A stretch of DNA of 64,000 bases from Bacteroidales bacterium (GCA_017617125.1 JAFZWY010000008.1:78386-142385), one strand, 5' to 3'; positions 17,686 to 26,974 are shown, numbered from the stretch's first letter. The notes: generated by a model not told the origin, from the letters alone. Translations and numbers: made by a program.

Positions 17686-18765
17686 CTATTTTTTCTTCTT
17701 TGTAAAAGCGACAGAATCGCCCCAGGCGTTGTATAGTATCTTGTGCCCAATTGCTTTCATGCGTATGTCGAGGCACGAGAAGCATTCTTCTGGCTTGTCG
17801 CTTACGCAGGCCTTGTCGGGATATATGAGGTAGTCCTCGCGATATTCGTTTGGCGTCAGATTCGGCATTATGACGTTTGCTCCGGCCATTATTGCCTTTT
17901 CGCGTCCCATCGGGTCGATGGTTTGGTTTGCAGTTGCGGCAACCATGTTTATTTCTGGCATCATCAGTCGTAGCGTAGCAATCATCTTCAGGGTCATGTT
18001 CATTCTGTCCTGTACCGATGGTATCTGGTCGGCATACTTGTATAGCGGTGTGTCGGGGTGGGGAATGAAGGGGCCCATGCCTACCATTGCTACATCTTTC
18101 TGGCGGAAGAAGATGAGGTCGTCGGCAAGTATGTCGATTGTCTGGAATGGCAGCCCGACCATAACGCCTGTACCGGTTTGGTAACCAATTGACAACAAGG
18201 AGTCTATGCAAGCAAGACGCTTGTGGAAGTCGTGGCGTTTGTCGTGCGGATGAATCTTGTAGTACAGGTCCTCGTTCGACGATTCTATTCTAAGCAGGTA
18301 GCGATGTGCCCCAGCCTCGAACCATTCGCGGTACACTTCGTCGCTTTGTTCTCCAAGCGAAAGCGTTATGCCCAGCGAGCCGCCGTCAATTTCCTTGATG
18401 CGCTTTATCAAGGTTGTAATCTTGTCGGTAAAAGCCTTGTCGCTGCGTTCTCCGCTTTGTATTGCAACAGAGCCGTATCCTAGTTCGTGCGACAGTTTTG
18501 CGCATTCTACGACTTCGTCGTCGGTAAGTGTGTAGCGTTCAATGTTTGTATTGTTGCTGCGAACCCCGCAGTACAGACACGACTTGCGGCATTTGTTGCT
18601 GTATTCGATTAGTCCGCGTAGATGCACATAGTTGTCAAGAGCCGAGAATTTTACTTCCTGCGCCTTGTGAAAAAGCATCTGCATTTCTTCTCCCGTAGTC
18701 GACAGCAGTTGTATGATGTCGTCCTTTTCGAGGTGCTGTTTTTCGAGTAGTTCGCGTGTCGTCAT
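17686..18765 (-). CDS. hydE: [FeFe]-hydrogenase maturase HydE-like radical SAM protein
   Basis: CRKSCLYCGVRS radical-SAM cluster. The blocks GMGPFIPHPDTPL and GANVIMPNLTP..YR..YLIYP closely resemble Thermotoga HydE as I remember it. Confidence 0.7.
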   Translation of the reverse strand: MTTRELLEKQHLEKDDIIQLLSTTGEEMQMLFHKAQEVKFSALDNYVHLRGLIEYSNKCRKSCLYCGVRSNNTNIERYTLTDDEVVECAKLSHELGYGSVAIQSGERSDKAFTDKITTLIKRIKEIDGGSLGITLSLGEQSDEVYREWFEAGAHRYLLRIESSNEDLYYKIHPHDKRHDFHKRLACIDSLLSIGYQTGTGVMVGLPFQTIDILADDLIFFRQKDVAMVGMGPFIPHPDTPLYKYADQIPSVQDRMNMTLKMIATLRLMMPEINMVAATANQTIDPMGREKAIMAGANVIMPNLTPNEYREDYLIYPDKACVSDKPEECFSCLDIRMKAIGHKILYNAWGDSVAFTKKKK

Positions 18766-18788
18766 ATTTGTCGTATGATATTTGCTTG

Positions 18789-18796
18789 CAAAGGTA
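18789..18796 (-). promoter_or_regulatory. -7 promoter box (TAnnTTTG)
   Basis: Minus-strand TACCTTTG, 23 nt upstream of the hydE ATG at 18765. Confidence 0.5.
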
Positions 18797-18836
18797 ATAC
18801 TGAAAATGGAATTGTCGGTGTTTTTTGTAATCAGTT

Positions 18837-19376
18837 TTATTTGCAGGAATTGCTGAAAAGTGTCCCGAATCTTTCTGTATCAATATTTGGGTTCCTGGTG
18901 CTAATCAGTCGTATAAGTTCGTTGGCGATAGATATCCTGCTTATTTCCATGGAAATGTAGGTAGTATATCTGTCGTTTGTTTCATTGTATTTCTCGCAGG
19001 TCGGTTCTATTTCTTTTAATGCCAGGTCGATGGCTTTGTTTGCTGTAAGTTCAATCTCTTTTATGAATGTACTTCTGTCGGAAATGGCATTTTCGGATGC
19101 GTATTTGTTGGCAGCGTTTGTGGTTTGTGCGATTATGGCCTTGCCGAGTTCCGATTTTGCCAATATGATGGCTTTCTCACGGGCTATGTTTATGTTGCTT
19201 GATGTCGCATTTGCGCAGGCGCGGAAGAAATCCTTGTCGGATATTCCTTTTTCTGAGCAAGGAAGACTTGTCGCTGTCATCGTTTTGTCTTCGTTTGCAA
19301 GGTTTTTGCTGCCGCTGCACGATACAATTATGCTGGCGGTAACTAGAATAAGCACTATTTCACAAAACAATTTCAT
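18837..19376 (-). CDS. Hypothetical lipoprotein (179 aa)
   Basis: Lipobox LVTASIIVSC followed by a helical soluble domain. Confidence 0.6.
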   Translation of the reverse strand: MKLFCEIVLILVTASIIVSCSGSKNLANEDKTMTATSLPCSEKGISDKDFFRACANATSSNINIAREKAIILAKSELGKAIIAQTTNAANKYASENAISDRSTFIKEIELTANKAIDLALKEIEPTCEKYNETNDRYTTYISMEISRISIANELIRLISTRNPNIDTERFGTLFSNSCK

Positions 19377-19403
19377 GATGCAAATTTACAAAATATGTCA
19401 TTC

Positions 19404-19471
19404 ATCGAATCTTCAAATTCTCGAATCTTCAAATCATCAAATCTTCGAATTTCAAATCTTCGAATTTCAAC
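19404..19471. repeat. Periodic A/T-rich tract (aatcttcaaat / tcgaattt words)
   Basis: tcgaatcttcaaattctcgaatcttcaaatcatcaaatcttcgaatttcaaatcttcgaatttcaac, located in a divergent intergenic region. Confidence 0.7.
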
Positions 19472-19553
19472 TTTCATCTGTTGATATTTTCAGATTGTAG
19501 TGTGACCTTGTTGCTTTGCTGGGTATTATTTTTATCGTCTCAAAAACTACGCG

Positions 19554-20501
19554 ATGAGAAAGTTGCTGTTTGTCGTCATATTGTTTTTTGTGCTGCCGAT
19601 GTGTTATGCGCAATCGGTTCAGGAAGAGTATATTAAGAAGTACTGTCAGATAGCCGTTGAGGAGATGAGCAGGACTGGAGTTCCCGCCAGTATAACATTG
19701 GCTCAGGGAATTTTGGAGTCGGGTAGCGGAACTTCGATGCTTTCGATAAAGGGCAACAATCATTTCGGTATAAAGTGCCATTCCGACTGGACCGGAAGCA
19801 GGATGTACAGCGATGATGATGCCAAGAACGAATGTTTCCGTATGTATCCTAATGCAGCCGAATCGTTTCGTGACCATTCAGACTTTCTTCGCAAGAACCA
19901 GCGCTATGCTTCTCTTTTTCAACTCGATCCGAAGGATTATAAAGGATGGGCAACTGGTCTGAAAAAGGCTGGCTATGCGACAAGCCCCACTTATGCGACT
20001 AGACTTATCGAGATAATTGAAAATTACGGACTTGCCCAGTACGATTCGGGTACTTTTGTGCCGGAGTCTATAGATGTCCCAGCTCTTGTTGCCGATGCGG
20101 TAACAAGCGATACAAAGCCTACAAGATATTACTCGTCCAATGGATTCGAACTCAGCATGACGGAGTATTCGCTTGGCTCTAACAACAACACGCAGTATAT
20201 CATTCTGAAATACGACATGGACATCGAAGTGCTGTCGCGTAAGCTAGGAATGGCACCATGGCAGTTGCCTAAGTACAATGATCTTCCGAAGGACTATAAG
20301 GTTAAGGCAGGTGAACTTATATATTTGAAGCCGAAACGTAGTAAAGCCGAGAAAAAGTATACCGAGCATGTTGTTGTCCGCGGTGAAACAATGCGTGATA
20401 TTTCGCAGAAGTATGCGGTTAAGATAAGTAGTCTTTACAAGATGAATGGTTGGGAGCAGGGCGTGCAGCCTGTTGAGGGTTCAAGGGTAAGACTAAGATA
20501 A
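19554..20501 (+). CDS. Glucosaminidase-domain peptidoglycan hydrolase with C-terminal LysM
   Basis: GVPASITLAQGILESGSGTS...GNNHFGIKC glucosaminidase core, plus a LysM-like HVVVRGETMRDISQKYAVKISSLYKMNGW. Confidence 0.75.
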   Translation: MRKLLFVVILFFVLPMCYAQSVQEEYIKKYCQIAVEEMSRTGVPASITLAQGILESGSGTSMLSIKGNNHFGIKCHSDWTGSRMYSDDDAKNECFRMYPNAAESFRDHSDFLRKNQRYASLFQLDPKDYKGWATGLKKAGYATSPTYATRLIEIIENYGLAQYDSGTFVPESIDVPALVADAVTSDTKPTRYYSSNGFELSMTEYSLGSNNNTQYIILKYDMDIEVLSRKLGMAPWQLPKYNDLPKDYKVKAGELIYLKPKRSKAEKKYTEHVVVRGETMRDISQKYAVKISSLYKMNGWEQGVQPVEGSRVRLR

Positions 20502-20530
20502 ATGTTTCTAGTTTTAATGGATAAAGCCGT

Positions 20531-20617
20531 TTAACTTCGTTGAGGGCTACTTGTGCTGCGATGCGCTGAGCGAAGTCGAAGTGAGCGCAGTCGAAGTACG
20601 CCGTTCAAGTTTCAAGT
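20531..20617 (+). repeat. Dispersed intergenic repeat, copy A core
   Basis: About 5 substitutions over ~85 nt versus 55330-55417. The 5' word ttaacttcgttgag(ggc) also occurs at 32176 and 43358. Confidence 0.85.
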
Positions 20618-20660
20618 TTATGAGGCTAAAGCCGTTTCTGGTTTCATGATTCTCGGTCAC

Positions 20661-20730
20661 TGAGCTTCGGTCACTGCGGCGTGCTGAGCTTGTCGAAGTA
20701 AGCGTAGTCGAAGTGGATGCAGTCGAAGTA
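20661..20730 (+). repeat. Dispersed intergenic repeat, copy A distal part (CGAAGT-rich)
   Basis: tgagcttcgg..ctgcggcgtgctgagc..gtcgaagtaagcgtagtcgaagt is shared with 55451-55570. Confidence 0.75.
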
Positions 20731-20828
20731 TGCTGTTCGCGTTTATTAGTTAATTATCAAACTATTCCAAATACATAAACATTTGTTGAATTTTTGAATT
20801 TATTGAACCGTTGAATAAAAATTTACTC

Positions 20829-20836
20829 TACCTTTG
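20829..20836 (+). promoter_or_regulatory. -7 promoter box (TAnnTTTG)
   Basis: TACCTTTG, 17 nt upstream of the ATG at 20854. Confidence 0.5.
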
Positions 20837-20853
20837 TGAAAAATTATAAAGAC

Positions 20854-21420
20854 ATGAAAAGAATTCTTTTTGTTGTAGCAATCATGTTGATTGCTGGTGT
20901 TGCATTTTCACAGGAAAATACAGCAAGGAAAGCGACTGCAAAGCCAGTAACAGTTTCCGAAACTCAAGATGGAAAAGTTGAAAAACGCTCAAGCATAGTG
21001 TTCGACAAGCTCGTACACGACTTTGGAACAATGGAAAAAGGTGGTGATGCCAGTTGCGTATTTACATTCAAGAATGTAACCAAGAAGCCCGTTACCCTTA
21101 CCAATGTAAAGACTTCGTGCGGATGCACTGCTGCCGACTGGCCAAAGGAGCCTGTCGCAAAGAAGAAAAAAGGTTCCATCAAGGTTAAGTACGATAGCAA
21201 CAGGGTTGGTAAGTTTACAAAGACCATCAAGGTGTATATCGACGGAAGCGATGTTCCTATCCAGTTGGAAATAAAAGGAACTATAGTTTCTCCGAATGCA
21301 AATGCTGTATCGACATTCCCTACAGAAAAAAAGATTGATGAGGGCGAGCAAAAAAAGGTAGAGGAGAAAACTATACCACAGAGCGTAAAGACGAATGAAG
21401 TAAAACAAGTTAGGAAGTAA
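20854..21420 (+). CDS. DUF1573 domain protein
   Basis: FDKLVHDFGTMEKGGDASCVFTFKNVTKKPVTLTNVKTSCGCTAADWPKEPV matches the DUF1573 pattern. The start is moved to the ATG at 20854 (MKRILFVV signal peptide). Confidence 0.7.
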   Translation: MKRILFVVAIMLIAGVAFSQENTARKATAKPVTVSETQDGKVEKRSSIVFDKLVHDFGTMEKGGDASCVFTFKNVTKKPVTLTNVKTSCGCTAADWPKEPVAKKKKGSIKVKYDSNRVGKFTKTIKVYIDGSDVPIQLEIKGTIVSPNANAVSTFPTEKKIDEGEQKKVEEKTIPQSVKTNEVKQVRK

Positions 21421-21452
21421 AGTTTTAATAAAAAATTATAAATTAAACAGAT

Positions 21453-22652
21453 ATGCCACAGATATCAGAAAAAGGAAAAAACATGCCGTCGTCGCCAATT
21501 CGTAAATTGGTTCCTTATTCAGACGCAGCAAAAGCAAGAGGTGTAAAGGTTTATCATCTTAACATCGGTCAGCCCGACATTAAGACTCCAGAAGTTGCTT
21601 TGGAGGCAGTAAAGAACATGACCGATAAGGTTATAGCATACAGCCATACTGCAGGAAATGCTTCCTACAGGAAGAAACTGGCTGCTTTCTACCAGAAGAT
21701 AGGCATCGACGTTACCGAAAACGATATGCTCATCACTACTGGTGGTTCGGAAGCAATCGTATTTGCTTTCATGACTACGCTCAACCCGGGCGAAGAAGTG
21801 ATTGTTCCAGAACCTTTCTATGCAAACTATAATGGTTTCGCAATGCAGGCAGGTGTTGTTATCAAGCCTATCACTTCGAGCATAAAGAACGATTTCGCAC
21901 TCCCGTCAATCGAAGAGTTCGAAAAGGTTATAACCCCTAAGACCAAAGGTATTGTAATCTGCAATCCTAACAACCCGACTGGTTACCTTTATTCTAAGGA
22001 AGAACTCTTCCAGTTGGCCGAAATCGTTAAGAAGCACGACCTTTACCTGTATGCCGACGAGGTTTACCGTGAATTCTGCTACGACGGTCACAAGCACTTC
22101 TCGACAATGCAGATTCCAGGAATCGAGCAGAATGTTATCATGATGGACTCGGTTTCGAAGCGTTACAGCATGTGCGGTGTTCGCGTTGGTTGCTTGGTAA
22201 CCAAGAACAAGGAAGTTATCGCAACTGCTACCAAGTTTGCTCAGGCACGTCTTTGCCCGCCTTCATTCGGTCAGGTTGCAGCAGAGGCTGCTCTCGATAC
22301 TCCGGACGAATACTTCCACGAAGTATATGATGAGTATATTGCTCGTCGTAACTTTATGGTTAAGGGCTTGAACGAAATCCCAGGCGTATATTGTCCAAAT
22401 CCTAAGGGCGCTTTCTACACTGTAGTTAAGCTTCCTATCGACGATGCCGACAAGTTTGCAAAATGGATGCTCGAGGAATTCCAGTACAACGGACAGACCG
22501 TAATGGTTGCTCCTGCAACTGGTTTCTACAACACTCCAGGCCTTGGTAAGAACGAAGTTCGCGTTGCTTACGTGCTCAAGATCGAAGACCTCAAGAATGC
22601 AATCGAGGTTTTGAAGCACGCTCTGGAAGTTTATCCTGGCAGAACAATGTAA
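21453..22652 (+). CDS. PLP-dependent class I/II aminotransferase (aspartate aminotransferase-like)
   Basis: 399 aa with NPNNPTG and the SVSKRYSMCGVRVG lysine motif. Confidence 0.85.
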   Translation: MPQISEKGKNMPSSPIRKLVPYSDAAKARGVKVYHLNIGQPDIKTPEVALEAVKNMTDKVIAYSHTAGNASYRKKLAAFYQKIGIDVTENDMLITTGGSEAIVFAFMTTLNPGEEVIVPEPFYANYNGFAMQAGVVIKPITSSIKNDFALPSIEEFEKVITPKTKGIVICNPNNPTGYLYSKEELFQLAEIVKKHDLYLYADEVYREFCYDGHKHFSTMQIPGIEQNVIMMDSVSKRYSMCGVRVGCLVTKNKEVIATATKFAQARLCPPSFGQVAAEAALDTPDEYFHEVYDEYIARRNFMVKGLNEIPGVYCPNPKGAFYTVVKLPIDDADKFAKWMLEEFQYNGQTVMVAPATGFYNTPGLGKNEVRVAYVLKIEDLKNAIEVLKHALEVYPGRTM

Positions 22653-22672
22653 GAATTGATTTTGTAATATTG

Positions 22673-22701
22673 AAAAGCCGTCCTAACAGACGGCTTTTTT
22701 T
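22673..22701. terminator. Bidirectional hairpin terminator between convergent genes
   Basis: aaaagccgtc ctaaca gacggctttt, with a flanking T-run. Confidence 0.7.
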
Positions 22702-24319
22702 ATTTCTGTTCGGTGAAGAATTCGTATGGAGATGTGCAGACTACGGTGTCTGAAAGTGTGCATACAGAAATCTTGCCGTTGTCGGCAATTTTCGAAAGTC
22801 GCGAAAGCACATCCTTGCGTTCTTCGAAATTATCCCTAAAGATATTGTTTTCGATGACAATATAATCGAAATTCCAAGTGAGAGCAGCATTTACAATGTT
22901 TTCTTTGTGTTGCATCACCGTGTAGCCTTTGCGTTTCATTTGTATGAACGGACCATTTTGAGGGTATGCGTACAGAGCCAAAATCTTTGCGTCGCGTGGT
23001 ATATTAAGCGAATCGAGGAATTCGGCAGACTTTTCAAAGTTAAGGCTTGTTTTGTATGCTACATCTTCTGCCCAGCGTCTGTTGACTTGTGTTTCGGTTA
23101 CATTCGAAATCATAAAGTAACAAAGCACTCCAAGTACTACAAGGCATATACCGCCTGCAATGTAGTTCTTGATTTTGGGCAAAGTTCCCAGCATCAGTGC
23201 AAACAGCATAAGTATGGGCATAAAGAAAGTATCAACAAAATAGTAGTCGTGGTTTGGAAATTGCCTTATCATTGCAATTAAGAATAGCAGGCATCCGAAC
23301 AGATATATAATTGGAATAAGCCAAATTGTCAATTGCCTTTTCTTGGCTTTGCCGTCCTTGTTTTTCAGTTTCAATATCAGTTTGACAATTCCTGCAATTA
23401 CAGCCAATCCAGCCAGCACCTCGAAAATTCGGTAGTGGAATTTCTGAAAATACTGGTATTCCCAGTTGGTCTTTGCATCATTTAGGAAGTCGCGGAAATC
23501 GTCAAAGTTGTCGGCAGGCAAAAGTTCGTTTAGGAAAAGCGAACCGTATTTGCTTCGTAGATGCGAATTCCAAGCCATGTATGCAAGTATAAGTGCAAAC
23601 GATATTATTACGGTCGGAAGTTTGTCCTTGAAAGTGCTTTCCTTGCGGAAAATCCGTAGCAGTTCGAATCCGAGTATAGCGATCAGTTCTATTGCGAAGG
23701 AAGTACGCATAAGTGTAGCAAGTGTCATCATGGCAATGGCAAGATGGAAAAATCTCTTTTTGCCGTCCTTATAATATTTAAGGTATGACCATAGTCCGAT
23801 TACACCGATTGCAAAAGCAGGAATTCCAGGAAGAAATCCGTTGAAATAGTAGGCGTAAACTGGGGCTGTCATTGCTATTGCTGTGACAAGCAGTGATTTC
23901 TGGCAGTCTTCGGTAATGATGAACGATGCTTTATACAGAAAAAACAATCCGATGAAACTGCAAATCAGAGTCCACAATCGGAATACCCACGGCGAAGTCG
24001 TGCCGAAAAGTTTCATTAGCAGAGCTACAATGTACTCGTGTATAGGAAAATCGACTGCGGTTATTGTAGTGTCGTATGCTTCTGCCCACCATCCCGGGAA
24101 CTGTTTGTTGTATATATTTGTTTCGGGGTGGAACAAGTCGAATCCGTTGTCGAGGAAGCCGGTGGCAAGAGCATATCGGTCATCTTGCGCCCAGGCGTGT
24201 ATAAATGCTGGAAATTCGTTCATGTACTTGAACTGTATTCCTATTCCTAGCGCTATGATGAACACCGCAGCTATCAGGTAGCCTTTAGCGTTTATTTTGT
24301 CGTATCCTATCAGTTTCAT
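22700..24319 (-). CDS. ArnT/GT39-like polytopic membrane glycosyltransferase (putative)
   Basis: 539 aa, with more than 10 predicted TM helices followed by a soluble C-terminal domain. The family assignment is by architecture only. Confidence 0.5.
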   Translation of the reverse strand: MKLIGYDKINAKGYLIAAVFIIALGIGIQFKYMNEFPAFIHAWAQDDRYALATGFLDNGFDLFHPETNIYNKQFPGWWAEAYDTTITAVDFPIHEYIVALLMKLFGTTSPWVFRLWTLICSFIGLFFLYKASFIITEDCQKSLLVTAIAMTAPVYAYYFNGFLPGIPAFAIGVIGLWSYLKYYKDGKKRFFHLAIAMMTLATLMRTSFAIELIAILGFELLRIFRKESTFKDKLPTVIISFALILAYMAWNSHLRSKYGSLFLNELLPADNFDDFRDFLNDAKTNWEYQYFQKFHYRIFEVLAGLAVIAGIVKLILKLKNKDGKAKKRQLTIWLIPIIYLFGCLLFLIAMIRQFPNHDYYFVDTFFMPILMLFALMLGTLPKIKNYIAGGICLVVLGVLCYFMISNVTETQVNRRWAEDVAYKTSLNFEKSAEFLDSLNIPRDAKILALYAYPQNGPFIQMKRKGYTVMQHKENIVNAALTWNFDYIVIENNIFRDNFEERKDVLSRLSKIADNGKISVCTLSDTVVCTSPYEFFTEQK

Positions 24320-24341
24320 TGTTAGTCTATTGACTAAGCGA

Positions 24342-24349
24342 CAAAAATA
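24342..24349 (-). promoter_or_regulatory. -7 promoter box (TAnnTTTG)
   Basis: Minus-strand TATTTTTG, 22 nt upstream of the ATG at 24319. Confidence 0.5.
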
Positions 24350-24354
24350 ATGAT

Positions 24355-24410
24355 AATCTTCAAATCTTCAAATCATCGAATTTTTAAATCGTAATTCGTA
24401 CTTCGTAAAT
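24355..24410. repeat. Periodic A/T-rich tract
   Basis: aatcttcaaatcttcaaatcatcgaatttttaaatcgtaattcgtacttcgtaaat. It shares the 19-mer aatcttcaaatcttcaaat with 58838-58856. Confidence 0.7.
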
Positions 24411-24416
24411 AATATT

Positions 24417-24424
24417 TATTTTTG
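24417..24424 (+). promoter_or_regulatory. -7 promoter box (TAnnTTTG)
   Basis: TATTTTTG, 18 nt upstream of the folE ATG at 24443. Confidence 0.5.
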
Positions 24425-24442
24425 CGCCAAATTTTACGCGTA

Positions 24443-25072
24443 ATGAATTATACAGTTTTAGACCCAGAGGAACAGGGATATGCAAAGGTTGAGAAGTTCA
24501 ACAAAGAGAAGACTGAGCGTCTAGCTGCGCTTTACAGTGAGATTCTTGGTTTGCTTGGCGAAGATGTAAAACGAGAAGGGCTCTTGAAGACTCCTGAAAG
24601 GGTTGCAAAAGCTATGCAGTTCCTTACACAGGGTTATGATATGAACGCCGAGGAAATTATTCGTTCGGCAATGTTTCGCGAAGATTACCGTCAGATGGTA
24701 ATCGTAAAGGACATAGAGCTTTACAGCATGTGCGAGCATCACATGTTGCCGTTCTATGGCAAGGCGCATGTGGCTTACATTCCGAATCACTATATTACAG
24801 GCTTGAGCAAGATTGCACGCGTAGTTGATGTTTTTTCGCGCCGTTTGCAAGTGCAGGAACGCCTTACAACGCAAATCAAGGATTGCATTCAGAATACCCT
24901 CGATCCATTAGGTGTGGCTGTAGTAATCGAGGCTCACCACATGTGCATGCAGATGCGTGGTGTGCAGAAGCAGAATTCTATCACCACAACATCCGATTTT
25001 ACAGGTGTGTTCTTGAAACAGGCAAAGACGAGACAGGAATTTTTAGCATTAATTGACAGAAATAGGTTATAA
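24443..25072 (+). CDS. folE: GTP cyclohydrolase I
   Basis: The blocks [22 protein letters not shown] and HMCMQMRGV. The start is moved to the ATG at 24443, because the track start is TTG. Confidence 0.9.
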   Translation: MNYTVLDPEEQGYAKVEKFNKEKTERLAALYSEILGLLGEDVKREGLLKTPERVAKAMQFLTQGYDMNAEEIIRSAMFREDYRQMVIVKDIELYSMCEHHMLPFYGKAHVAYIPNHYITGLSKIARVVDVFSRRLQVQERLTTQIKDCIQNTLDPLGVAVVIEAHHMCMQMRGVQKQNSITTTSDFTGVFLKQAKTRQEFLALIDRNRL

Positions 25073-25926
25073 TGAAAGCATTGGTTTTCCCCGGACAGGG
25101 TTCGCAGTTTTTGGGTATGGGCAAGGACTTGTACGATGCAAGTGCTAGTGCAAAGAAGATGTTTGAGCGTGCCGACGAGGTTCTAGGCTTTGGCTTGTCG
25201 GACATAATGTTCAATGGTAGCGATGAGGATTTGAAGCAGACAAAGGTAACACAGCCAGCTGTTTTTCTTCACTCGGTTGTTATGTTCTACGAGAAGTTTG
25301 CAAACGAGAATTTTGGTATGGTTGCAGGGCATTCGCTTGGAGAATTTTCGGCATTGGTTGCTGCAGGCGTGCTTAGTTTCGAGGATGCATTGGTTTTGGT
25401 TTCGAAGCGTGCAATGGCAATGCAGAAGGCATGTGAGAAGCAGAAATCGACCATGGCGGCAGTTATTCGTCTCGACCGCGAAATAGTTGAGCGTATATGT
25501 GCCGAAACCGAAGGCATTGTTGTTCCTGCCAATTACAATAGTCCCGAGCAGATTGTTATTTCGGGCAGCGAGGATGCCATTGATGCAGCATGTGAGAAGA
25601 TGAAGGCTGCTGGAGCAAGACGTGCTTTGAAGTTGCAGGTCGGTGGAGCTTTCCATTCTCCGCTTATGGAGCCTGCTCGTGAGGAACTTGCCGAGGCAAT
25701 CATGTCAACACAGTTCTGCGATGCCAAGGTGCCTATATATCAGAATGTAGATGCAATGCCTCACCGCGTGGCAAATGAAATCCGTGACAACCTTGTAAAA
25801 CAGCTTACCAGTGCCGTTCGCTGGAGCGATTCAGTGGTGAAAATGCACGCTGATGGAGCAGATGAATTTATTGAGGTTGGTCCTGGACAGGTGCTTACGG
25901 GACTTGTTGGGAAGATTTTGAAGTAG
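25072..25926 (+). CDS. fabD: Malonyl CoA-ACP transacylase
   Basis: FPGQGSQ, the GHSLGE active site, and GAFHSPLM. The ATG overlaps the folE stop (TAATG). Confidence 0.9.
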   Translation: MKALVFPGQGSQFLGMGKDLYDASASAKKMFERADEVLGFGLSDIMFNGSDEDLKQTKVTQPAVFLHSVVMFYEKFANENFGMVAGHSLGEFSALVAAGVLSFEDALVLVSKRAMAMQKACEKQKSTMAAVIRLDREIVERICAETEGIVVPANYNSPEQIVISGSEDAIDAACEKMKAAGARRALKLQVGGAFHSPLMEPAREELAEAIMSTQFCDAKVPIYQNVDAMPHRVANEIRDNLVKQLTSAVRWSDSVVKMHADGADEFIEVGPGQVLTGLVGKILK

Positions 25927-25970
25927 GATAAAATTGAATAAACATAATACTGCAAATAATTGCGGTGTAT

Positions 25971-26000
25971 TGTAGGGGTAGGTTAAAACCTGCCCCTACA
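25971..26000. repeat. GC-rich palindrome with terminal GTAG/CTAC
   Basis: tgtaggggtagg ttaaaa cctgcccctaca: 12-bp arms with one G-T wobble, just downstream of fabD. Confidence 0.75.
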
Positions 26001-26088
26001 AATTTACATCCGCAGAATGTTCTGTTCCTTCTTGGTTCCCAATTCTGTTTTTTATCGGTAATATTTTTTGTTTAAACGCAAAATACAA

Positions 26089-26096
26089 TATCTTTG
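26089..26096 (+). promoter_or_regulatory. -7 promoter box (TAnnTTTG)
   Basis: TATCTTTG, 26 nt upstream of the ATG at 26123. Confidence 0.5.
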
Positions 26097-26122
26097 CTTT
26101 GTAAAATTTGATAATTGAAAAT

Positions 26123-26974
26123 ATGAATATAACATTGAAAAATATATTGTTTGCGGGGGTGATAACTTTTGCAGTCGTCCCATACTATTTGTTTGAAAAC
26201 AACGATAATTCTCTCAAAAGATGTCCTTTTGAGAGCAAAATTGAACCAGAAATACAACAAACGAATCCCGATAGTATTGTTTTTATAACGGTTGGCAGCC
26301 TGACAATAGAAATGGTGTATGTAAAAGGAGGCACATATACTATGGGATGCACCGATGAGCAAGATGACGATTGTTGGGAAGCAGAGTCCCCTGTACACTC
26401 TGTCACTTTAGATGATTTTTATATTGGCAAGTATGAGGTTACTCAGGGCTTGTGGCAGGAAGTTATGGGCGCTAACCCAAGTCGATTTAAGGGTAACGAC
26501 AGCTTGCCTGTGGAAAATGTAAACTGGGATGATTGCAAGAAGTTCATACAGAAACTCAATAAAATGACAGGCAAGAACTTTCGTATGCCAACCGAGGCTG
26601 AATGGGAATATGCAGCTAGAGGTGGTAAAAAGACTAAAAAAACTAAATATAGCGGAAGCGATAATATTGATAAAGTCGCTTGGTATTGGAATAACGATAC
26701 TGTAATCACACATAAGGTTGGCACCAAACATCCTAACGAATTAGGCATCTACGATATGAGTGGCAATGTTAAGGAATGGTGTAGTGATTGGTTCGGTAAA
26801 TACAAAAATTATAGTCAAGTAAACCCCGTAGGACCAAGTTCAGGTTCAGAGCGGATAGTTAGAGGTGGAGATTGTGCAGCCAAGGCAGGGTACAGCCGAG
26901 TTTCTTGCAGAATTGGATATGAACCATATACCAGAATCAATCGTCTTGGACTGCGTCTTGTTCTGCCAAGGTAA
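26123..26974 (+). CDS. Formylglycine-generating enzyme (SUMF1) family protein
   Basis: GGTYTMGC, VTLDDFYIGKYEVTQGLW, RMPTEAEWEYAARGG, and RVSCRIGYEP...GLRLV. Confidence 0.75.
   Translation: MNITLKNILFAGVITFAVVPYYLFENNDNSLKRCPFESKIEPEIQQTNPDSIVFITVGSLTIEMVYVKGGTYTMGCTDEQDDDCWEAESPVHSVTLDDFYIGKYEVTQGLWQEVMGANPSRFKGNDSLPVENVNWDDCKKFIQKLNKMTGKNFRMPTEAEWEYAARGGKKTKKTKYSGSDNIDKVAWYWNNDTVITHKVGTKHPNELGIYDMSGNVKEWCSDWFGKYKNYSQVNPVGPSSGSERIVRGGDCAAKAGYSRVSCRIGYEPYTRINRLGLRLVLPR

Noticed and set aside
17660-18211. A 183-aa Arg/His/Pro-rich ORF on the minus strand, in another frame of hydE.
   Set aside because: It is an out-of-frame overlap with a well-supported radical SAM gene, and its composition is typical of off-frame translation.
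24443-25926. folE and fabD overlap by TAATG, which could mark an unusual functional operon.
   Set aside because: A one-nucleotide stop/start overlap is common in compact genomes. There is no further evidence of a functional link.
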